A DNA stretch of 64,000 nt from Nitrospira sp. (GTDB lineage: Bacteria; Nitrospirota; Nitrospiria; Nitrospirales; Nitrospiraceae): the NCBI GenBank assembly GCA_047150005.1, contig AP038806.1, positions 3,296,001 through 3,360,000 on the forward strand, given 5' to 3'. The translations under genes and the position numbers were made by a program. The notes under the pieces are model-generated. The model saw only the letters and a program-made list of their open reading frames with translations. It was not told the DNA's origin and searched no databases. Each line of letters begins with the position of its first letter. The first letter of the stretch is position 1. Positions 40,334 through 46,832 of the stretch are shown here, one piece after another.

Positions 40334-40533
40334 AACTCAGCGCGCGGAATCAATTTCAAGGAACCGTGGTTCGGATCACGGACGGACAGGCAATGGCCGA
40401 AATCGTCGTCAAGGTCGGCCAACTTGAATTCGTTGCAGCCATCACCGAAGGCTCGGTCAAGAACATGGGGCTCAAGGTCAACGACTCCGTGACGGTGGCC
40501 GTGAAGGCCACTGAAGTCATGATCGGTAAGTAG
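40330..40533 (+). CDS. mop: Molbindin / TOBE (Mop) protein
   Basis: MKLSARNQFQGTV...AAITEGS...VKATEVMIG. Confidence 0.92.
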   Translation: MKLSARNQFQGTVVRITDGQAMAEIVVKVGQLEFVAAITEGSVKNMGLKVNDSVTVAVKATEVMIGK

Positions 40534-40548
40534 AACTCGATGGTTTCT

Positions 40549-40571
40549 CCCCCGCGGCGACGCCGCGGGGG
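40549..40571. other. GC-rich intergenic hairpin between mop and modB
   Basis: CCCCCGCGGCG-A-CGCCGCGGGGG perfect inverted repeat with no U-tract. Confidence 0.65.
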
Positions 40572-40607
40572 GCAAGCGACGGACGCCGACGAAGGGCTGG
40601 GCGCATC

Positions 40608-41282
40608 GTGAATTGGACGGCGATTTGGGTCACTTTCAAGCTGGCGTCTCTGACATCCATTGCCTTGCTCATCCTCGGGTTGCCCATCGCCTACTGGCTG
40701 GCGTATTCGAGGCGGCGATGGAAATTTCTCGTCGAGTCGGTCGTGGCCCTTCCGCTGGTGCTGCCCCCCACCGTGTTGGGATTCTACATCCTGGTGGCCA
40801 TCGGTCCGCACAGCCCCGTCGGGCGGTTGTACACCGATGTCGTCGGGCAATCGTTGCCGTTCAGTTTTCAAGGGCTGCTGCTGGCGTCGATCCTCTATAG
40901 CCTGCCGTTTGCCGTCCAGCCCTTTGCGTCGGCATTCGGTCAAGTCGACCGCAGGCTGATCGAGGCGTCGTGGACGCTGGGGTTGTCCCGATTCAAGACC
41001 TTCTTCAAGTTGATTGTGCCGCTCTCCGCCGCCGGCCTGGTGACGGGGGTCGTGTTGAGTTTTGCCCACACTCTCGGTGAATTCGGCGTCGTGCTGATGG
41101 TGGGCGGCAATATCGACGGCGTGACGCGCACCATTTCCATCGATATCTACGATGAGGTGCAGGCGTTGAACTATGCTCAGGCTGCAAAAACCGCCGCATT
41201 CCTGCTGGTGATTTCGTATCTCGTGTTGCTCCTTGTGTATGCAGTCAATCGGAACATGTGGACGGTATGGCCGCGGAAATAG
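40608..41282 (+). CDS. modB: Molybdate ABC transporter permease
   Basis: LPLVLPPTVLGFY, EASWTLG, FAHTLGEFG. Confidence 0.95.
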   Translation: MNWTAIWVTFKLASLTSIALLILGLPIAYWLAYSRRRWKFLVESVVALPLVLPPTVLGFYILVAIGPHSPVGRLYTDVVGQSLPFSFQGLLLASILYSLPFAVQPFASAFGQVDRRLIEASWTLGLSRFKTFFKLIVPLSAAGLVTGVVLSFAHTLGEFGVVLMVGGNIDGVTRTISIDIYDEVQALNYAQAAKTAAFLLVISYLVLLLVYAVNRNMWTVWPRK

Positions 41283-42364
41283 CCATCGACATCAGCAAGA
41301 CCTTTCCGGGCCGCGCGACGATCTGTGCACGGATCCGGTATCCGGTCGAGGCGTCCACGGTGTTGATTCTGTTCGGTCCCTCCGGATCCGGCAAGACCAC
41401 GGTTCTCCGATCGGTCGCGGGACTTGAATGTCCGGAGCAGGGGACGATCCGCTTCATCTCGCGGATATGGCTGGATACGGCGGCTCGGGTCAACGTCCCC
41501 CCGCAAGCTCGCCGGATCGGGTACATGGCCCAGGAATACGCGCTGTTTCCCACCTATACGGTCGCGGGCAATATCGCGTACGGGTTGGGACACCTCAGCG
41601 TGCCGGATCGAAAGCGGCGGGTGAACGAGGTCCTGGAGCTGCTTCAACTGCGCGGCCTGGAATCGGCCAAGCCGCGTGAGCTTTCCGGCGGGCAACAGCA
41701 GCGGGTCGCCCTCGCGCGAGCGGTCGCGCCCAGACCTCAGTTGCTGTTGCTCGACGAACCGCTGTCGGCGCTGGATGCGCCGACGAGGATCCGGCTTCGC
41801 GGGGAGCTCAGAAGCCTCTTGAAGCAGCTGGCGTTGCCGTCGATCATCGTGACGCATGACCGCGAGGAAGCATTGGCGTTGGGCGACGTGATGGCGGCGA
41901 TGGGCGAGGGGGCGGTGCTGCAAGTCGGCACGCCGGAGGACGTCTTCAGCCGGCCGGCGAATGCGGAGGTCGCCAAAATCGTCGGCGTGGAAACGGTGGT
42001 GCACGGAAAGGTTCTGCAAACAACCGATAGTCTGGCCACCATCAAGGTGGGCGAGCAGACGCTGACGGCCCTCGGCGGTGCCGACGCAGGCTCCGACGTA
42101 TTCGTGTGCATCCGTGCGGAGGATGTGGTGCTTGAGAAGGTGGACTCTGCGGCGACGAGCGCGCGCAATCACATGAAGGGAACCGTGCGCGACATCGCTC
42201 CGGCAGGACCATTGGTCAAGGTGAACGTGGATTGCGGATTTCTCCTGGGTGTGTTGGTCACGAGGCCCGCCCTGGAAGAACTGGGGCTCGAGCCGGGCTC
42301 CCCGGTGCGGGCAGCGATCAAGGCCGGGTCTGTCCATGTCGTGCCGCGTCGGGATGGAGACTGA
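41267..42364 (+). CDS. modC: Molybdate ABC transporter ATPase with TOBE domain
   Basis: GPSGSGKT, LSGGQQQR, DEPLSALD, SARN TOBE. Confidence 0.92.
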   Translation: MAAEIAIDISKTFPGRATICARIRYPVEASTVLILFGPSGSGKTTVLRSVAGLECPEQGTIRFISRIWLDTAARVNVPPQARRIGYMAQEYALFPTYTVAGNIAYGLGHLSVPDRKRRVNEVLELLQLRGLESAKPRELSGGQQQRVALARAVAPRPQLLLLDEPLSALDAPTRIRLRGELRSLLKQLALPSIIVTHDREEALALGDVMAAMGEGAVLQVGTPEDVFSRPANAEVAKIVGVETVVHGKVLQTTDSLATIKVGEQTLTALGGADAGSDVFVCIRAEDVVLEKVDSAATSARNHMKGTVRDIAPAGPLVKVNVDCGFLLGVLVTRPALEELGLEPGSPVRAAIKAGSVHVVPRRDGD

Positions 42365-42493
42365 ACCGAGTGGTTGCCGCCCATGTTTACTCGGCTCCGA
42401 CGCCGAGTAAGCGGTCAATTGCCATGCCGATAACCTGCAAAACCAGGTAGTCTTACCAGCTGAAGCACTCCGGCCGACCTCCTCCCCAGCTTC

Positions 42494-42731
42494 TGTGGAT
42501 AACCCTGTGTGTAACGATTGAATCCGAGAAAGAAGTCGTGCATTCCGCTGCTCTGCCTATCTGTTTGCCTATTTTTTGGGCATAGGTTTATAGGGGCGGC
42601 AACCCACCATATCTTGTGGGTATTCTTATAAAAAGCGCATAAATGGTAATGCGCTGATTAGGAGCGGTGTTTTGACGTGACGCTTGCGTATCAGCTTGCC
42701 AGGCGCAGAGTTTCATTGAAAGTTATTCACA
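42494..42731. promoter_or_regulatory. Cluster of DnaA boxes with an NrdR-like box
   Basis: TGTGGATAA 42494-502 (perfect); TGTGTGTAA 42506-14 (1 mismatch); TTATTCACA 42723-31 (consensus); CCACCATATCTTGTGG 42604-19. Confidence 0.6.
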
Positions 42732-42789
42732 GAGCCTCTGCCAAAAGGGGCTTTCCATCACCATTATAAAGAACGACTGAAATTGAGGC

Positions 42790-42828
42790 TTGACAGGTGC
42801 CGGCCTAGTATGTAACCATCGGTTACAT
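42790..42828 (+). promoter_or_regulatory. Promoter -35 and palindromic operator of the LexA-like gene
   Basis: TTGACA 42790-95; perfect IR ATGTAACC-ATC-GGTTACAT 42810-28, ending 1 nt before the ATG. Confidence 0.75.
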
Positions 42829-42829
42829 C

Positions 42830-43375
42830 ATGAAGCCGACCGAGCTGAAACGCATCCGGGAACAACTGGGGCTCACGCAGCAGCAGCTGGCCGACGCGTT
42901 GCAGACGACACGGGTTTCGGTCGCGCGATATGAAGCGGGCATGCGCCGCATCCCCGGTATGGTGAAGGTTGCGATCGAACGACTGAATCGCTTCTCGGAA
43001 ATTCCAATGGTCGGGACGGTTGCCGCGGGATTGCCGATCGAGCCGGTGCCTCAATCAGAGTTGATTGAAGTGCCGTTGAGCATGTTGCGGGGAAGCGATA
43101 CCTTCGCATTGCGCGTCAAGGGAGAGTCGATGAAGGATGACGGTATTCTCCCGGGCGATATCGTCGTCGTGCACAAACAGGAAACGGCGCAAAATGGACA
43201 AACCGTGGTGGCGCTGGTCAACCATGAGGCCACGATCAAAACATATTATAAAAAAGACACGCACATCGAGTTGCATCCGGCCAATGCCGCCATGCAGCCG
43301 ATCCTCGTGCAGCCGTCGGACGCGTTTCATATCGAAGGTGTGGTGATCGGCGTCATTCGACATTGTGCGATGTAG
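42830..43375 (+). CDS. LexA/CI-like repressor (XRE HTH + S24 autopeptidase)
   Basis: LTQQQLADAL...VARYEAG; VAAG cleavage site; GESM Ser; ATIK Lys. Confidence 0.9.
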   Translation: MKPTELKRIREQLGLTQQQLADALQTTRVSVARYEAGMRRIPGMVKVAIERLNRFSEIPMVGTVAAGLPIEPVPQSELIEVPLSMLRGSDTFALRVKGESMKDDGILPGDIVVVHKQETAQNGQTVVALVNHEATIKTYYKKDTHIELHPANAAMQPILVQPSDAFHIEGVVIGVIRHCAM

Positions 43376-43395
43376 GCACGTGAGCAAGGAGGACT

Positions 43396-43653
43396 GTGAT
43401 GATGGAACGAGCCGTGACGACCAAAGACCGGTTGATGCATCTGGAGCGAACTGTGAGCGTGCTCAACGGGCGTCTTCTGGACTTGCAATGGGAGTTGCAG
43501 CGGACAAAAGCCTACTCCCTTTCCTTGACGGAACGCATCTGGCGCAATCTCGTCGGCGTTCGTCAGGAGAGCCGATTCATGTCGACGGTCTGCAGCAGAC
43601 GGATACGTCCGAACATGAGGGTCGAAGACTATGCCGAGACAATCGGACACTGA
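43396..43653 (+). CDS. Hypothetical coiled-coil protein
   Basis: RBS AAGGAGG; heptad-like LERTVSVLNGRLLDLQWELQR. Confidence 0.65.
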   Translation: MMMERAVTTKDRLMHLERTVSVLNGRLLDLQWELQRTKAYSLSLTERIWRNLVGVRQESRFMSTVCSRRIRPNMRVEDYAETIGH

Positions 43654-43810
43654 CACTCAGGCGGTGGGGCGCTGTGCCGACTGTGGGGCGAGAAGCGCCC
43701 AGCGGGTGGAATATGTGGATGTGCTCACCCAAACCAAACTCGAACTGTGCGAAGTCTGTTGGCATGCCTGGCGACAGCGACAGAATTTTTCCGGCGGATG
43801 CTGTGGGTAA
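43631..43810 (+). CDS. 59-aa zinc-finger protein (absent from ORF track)
   Basis: MPRQSDTDTQAVGRCADCGARSAQRVEYVDVLTQTKLELCEVCWHAWRQRQNFSGGCCG*: CxxC-x21-CxxC plus terminal GGCCG; fills the gap between its neighbours. Confidence 0.7.
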   Translation: MPRQSDTDTQAVGRCADCGARSAQRVEYVDVLTQTKLELCEVCWHAWRQRQNFSGGCCG

Positions 43811-43824
43811 CGGAGAGGTGTGAT

Positions 43825-44547
43825 ATGCGTGCGACCGCGGAATCGACAACCCTGCCCCTTCTCGATCGGCGAAGCGACGAGTGTGTGCCGGAGACGACAG
43901 GCAACGCGTCAGGTGACTGGTCCCTTGCGCTGCGGTATGCCCAGGTGCCGTTTTATCTCAACGACAAACTGCTTCTGCTCTACGGACATAGGCTGGTGTT
44001 TCGGTTGGGCCTCCATATCGCGACGGAGCGGGTCTTGGCCGGAGAGCCGGTTCTGTATGTCGATGGAGCCAATACGTTCGATCCGTTTGCCGTCGCTCGA
44101 TTGGCCCGTGCCGGGCGCCGCCGGCCTCATCAGGTTCTGGCCATGATCCATGTGGCCAGGGCGTTCAGTTCCCATCAGGTGGACCGATTGGTATCGGATT
44201 GTCTCGCCGCTGCGCTCGATCGGTATCAAGCCCGCATCGCCATGTTGGCCGGACTTTTTGAGACCTTCTATGAGCAGACAGTTTCCGATCAGGACGCCGC
44301 ACGGTTGTTCGGTCGCATGATGAACGCCCTCAACCGATTGACGCAGCAGGGCTACACGATCGTGTGTCTTTGTCCCGCCGCTCCGATACTCACGCACGCC
44401 GGCCGGCAACGTTTCGACCAGTTACGCGTCCGCGCCGACCGCGTTCTTTGCGTGCAGGAGGAACAAGGCGTCGTGCGGCTTCAAGACAACGGGCTGAACG
44501 ACGGCCGATCATGGGAGATTCCCTGCACCCTGCTCACGGAACGCTGA
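43825..44547 (+). CDS. RecA/RadB-fold protein lacking a Walker A motif (ImuA-like)
   Basis: VLYVDGANTFDPF...IHVARAFSSHQ; RBS GGAGAGG. Confidence 0.75.
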   Translation: MRATAESTTLPLLDRRSDECVPETTGNASGDWSLALRYAQVPFYLNDKLLLLYGHRLVFRLGLHIATERVLAGEPVLYVDGANTFDPFAVARLARAGRRRPHQVLAMIHVARAFSSHQVDRLVSDCLAAALDRYQARIAMLAGLFETFYEQTVSDQDAARLFGRMMNALNRLTQQGYTIVCLCPAAPILTHAGRQRFDQLRVRADRVLCVQEEQGVVRLQDNGLNDGRSWEIPCTLLTER

Positions 44548-44690
44548 ACGGCCTGTTGAGTGACACCGAACGTCCGTCCGTAATTCGACTACGGCTCGAA
44601 TTTCCCACGTCTAGGCCTCTGTAAGAGTGAAGATGCATGGAGTCCTCTTGGCTTGAAAATGCGGAGCCATGTCTCAGTCTGCAAAGAAGC

Positions 44691-45101
44691 TTATCTTGAG
44701 ACTCCCGCAAATGTGGAGCCGTTCCATCCGTGACAATAGCAGGGATAGCCCGCAGGTCCTCCTGACAGCGGACACGTTCCTGAATTTGTTTCACACCTGC
44801 TGGCACCATTCATTGTCGAGGAAGCATCCGTGTAGGGGTTCTTTCCACTTCCTCCAAATGCTTTGTCGACTCCTCTCGTCATGGCATCACTCAGGCTATT
44901 ACCCAGAGCCTTCCCCATGGTATTCCAGAAATCATCGCCACCGTCATTGCACGCCTTTTCCACCTCGCCTTTGTCATATCCCTGTTTGCCGAGCGCAATC
45001 CGCTGCTCAATAGTGCAGCCGCTCCAGGCGTTCGAGTCGACAAGCACCACAGTCGGGATAATGAGACTCCACAATGTGATGACCGCCATAATGCGTTTCA
45101 T
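44691..45101 (-). CDS. Small secreted Cys-rich hypothetical protein
   Basis: RBS AAGGAGG; signal peptide; C-terminal C-x6-C-x10-CxC. Confidence 0.75.
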   Translation of the reverse strand: MKRIMAVITLWSLIIPTVVLVDSNAWSGCTIEQRIALGKQGYDKGEVEKACNDGGDDFWNTMGKALGNSLSDAMTRGVDKAFGGSGKNPYTDASSTMNGASRCETNSGTCPLSGGPAGYPCYCHGWNGSTFAGVSR

Positions 45102-45301
45102 GGCAACCTCCTTTTTATTTCCCTTGCGTCCTGTTGACATCACATATGAGCAACTGCTGGACCAATCGCGTAGATGAATTGTTTTTAATGAGCACGAACG
45201 GGAAAGTAGCCTTATCAAAGGCTTGCTCAGTGAAGATCGATGAGAGCCAGGCGAGGCGCGGCAATGGTCGCGAATGAAGCCACGCAATCCGGGAATCGAA
45301 A

Positions 45302-45339
45302 TAGATTCGCCGGATCGAAATCGATCCGCCGGGAATCTA
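45302..45339. other. Long hairpin next to an A/T tract, possibly a terminator
   Basis: TAGATTC-GCCGGATCGA-AA-TCGATCCG-CCGG-GAATCTA, then ACAAAAAAAC. Confidence 0.45.
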
Positions 45340-45355
45340 GACAAAAAAACAACAA

Positions 45356-45590
45356 AGGCATTTATCCGACGGCATCAAGTATGAAAAACCGATAAGGAGC
45401 CGTCGGCACGAGCAAGCTTGGTATTGAATGAAAAGAAACTGCTGGAGGTGTCTATCCGCGGGCATCAATACCGGATGGCTGACGCCGATGAGGCCGCGGT
45501 ACGAGCAAGATTTCTCGGAAAGTCGAAGGTTTTTATCCGACCGCGATAGTTACGATGAAGCCATGAAGAGCGGTCGGTTCAACCGAAGGT
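45356..45590. repeat. Three tandem ~60-nt hairpin units downstream of tRNA-Met
   Basis: AGG-N4-TAT-[stem]...[stem]-(YACGAGCAAG) units starting at 45356, 45446 and 45527. Confidence 0.65.
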
Positions 45591-45595
45591 TGGTA

Positions 45596-45671
45596 TGGTG
45601 GCGGTGACCCGGATCGAACGGGTGACCCGCGGCTTATGAGTCCGCTGCTCTACCAACTGAGCTACACCGCC
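45596..45671 (-). tRNA. tRNA-Met(CAT), probably elongator
   Basis: GGCGGTGTAGCTCAGTTGGTAGAGCAGCGGACTCATAAGCCGCGGGTCACCCGTTCGATCCGGGTCACCGCCACCA; G1-C72 pair, encoded CCA; Ile2 not strictly excluded. Confidence 0.95.
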
Positions 45672-45705
45672 ATATTGAGCGAGGGGAGCGAGAAACCGAA
45701 ACTTG

Positions 45706-45735
45706 TTTATACCATTCGGATAGGGATCTCGTAAA
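45706..45735 (-). promoter_or_regulatory. Sigma70-type promoter of the tRNA
   Basis: Minus strand TTTACG-18 bp-TATAAA with extended TGn. Confidence 0.55.
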
Positions 45736-45739
45736 GGCG

Positions 45740-45892
45740 GATGGTGGGTCAGCTTCCTCTTGCGTCATGCCGGCGAAGGCGAGCATCCACTCTCAATCAA
45801 GACTGAATGCTGAGGAGAAGGCCTTGACTGGATTCCCGCTTCCGCGGGAATGACACACTTCAGTGCTTCTGATGGCAAACTGGCCCAACACC
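45740..45892. mobile_element. MITE/REP-like element, copy 2 (~153 bp)
   Basis: TIRs GATGGTGGGTCAGCTT / AAACTGGCCCAACACC; internal GTCATGCCGGCGAAGGCGAGCATCCA...TGGATTCCCGCTTCCGCGGGAATGAC; colinear with 1217-1368. Confidence 0.75.
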
Positions 45893-45921
45893 GAAGGGCG
45901 ACGGTTACGAACAACTTTGGC

Positions 45922-46596
45922 TTACGGAATCAATCTGCTGAGAGTGGCACGGAGCCCGTCCGCGCCTGGGTTGGTCACTGTCTTGTTGGCGAGAATCTCT
46001 TCGGGATTGACCGGAGTCCCGTAATAGATCCGATTATCTTTGGAGGAGGCCGTGATGGCGAATCCCTGCAGTGCGAACCCCATGAACGCACCCTTCGACC
46101 AGGCGAATGAGATCACGTCGAGCGCGGTGGTTCCCCCTTCCCCGAACGCGCCGACTGTAAAGCCGCCGTCGACTCCCAGTCTTGCCGTGCCCTTGCCAGA
46201 GAACCGTTCGAGAGCGGCAAAAGTCTGGACGATGAGAATCAACTCCGATGAGTCCACTCCGACCTGGGGTCCGAAACTGGTCGAGCTCATCGTATAGAAC
46301 GCCGGTGGCGACCATCCTCCTTTCAGAAGATCCCGCGCCAACAGCACGCCACGACCGCCGGATCCGCCCACGACCACGGCGCCGCGCCACAATTTGGGAA
46401 CGATGAACACGGCCTTCATGCTGTCGGGTTTGAGCCGATAGCCGGCGGCAAGGCCCGGTTCAGCCAGGAACCGTTCGAACGTCGATGTCGCCTGGTCGAC
46501 CAGCTGTTGCTGCTCGGTGCTCTCCTCACCTGAGTCAAGGGCAGCGCTGTTGCCTGGCAGGCTCACACAAAGCAGCAAGGCGATCATCGCGGTCAT
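45922..46596 (-). CDS. Ysc84/SYLF lipid-binding domain exported protein
   Basis: KAVFIVP...GGSGGRGVLL...WSPPAF...SFGPQVG...SKGAFMG...NRIYYG. Confidence 0.88.
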   Translation of the reverse strand: MTAMIALLLCVSLPGNSAALDSGEESTEQQQLVDQATSTFERFLAEPGLAAGYRLKPDSMKAVFIVPKLWRGAVVVGGSGGRGVLLARDLLKGGWSPPAFYTMSSTSFGPQVGVDSSELILIVQTFAALERFSGKGTARLGVDGGFTVGAFGEGGTTALDVISFAWSKGAFMGFALQGFAITASSKDNRIYYGTPVNPEEILANKTVTNPGADGLRATLSRLIP

Positions 46597-46832
46597 CGGG
46601 ATAGACGAGCGTTGTGTAGTCAGACCGAATCCCACGGGACACCTCCGGGCAAGCAAGAGGGGGCCAAGACTATCAAACAGCCTTCACGCTCGCAAGAGCT
46701 GGACAGGACTTCTACCCGACCATGGCGCATGAATGACCGAAGGGGGAAAAAAGAGGCTTCGTCGTGAACAACGTCGGTCAACTGTGCTAGACTGCGGGCC
46801 GCTCTGAAGGCCGATCCATTTTCGAAGGTGGC

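Noticed and set aside
42480..42740. Firm call as oriC
   Set aside because: Only 2-3 DnaA boxes, no dnaA/dnaN/gidA context and no clear DUE repeats; kept as a hypothesis only
45356..45590. CRISPR array or integron attC sites
   Set aside because: Units are not identical repeats, linker lengths differ, there are no RYYYAAC/GTTRRRY ends, and no cas or intI genes
45560..45595. Theta/HDV-like ribozyme at the tRNA 3' end
   Set aside because: I could not fit the nested double pseudoknot or J4/2 catalytic motif to the trailer
42830..45671. Prophage or integrative element at tRNA-Met with a CI repressor
   Set aside because: No integrase, no phage genes, no divergent cro, and I saw no duplicated tRNA 3' end (att)
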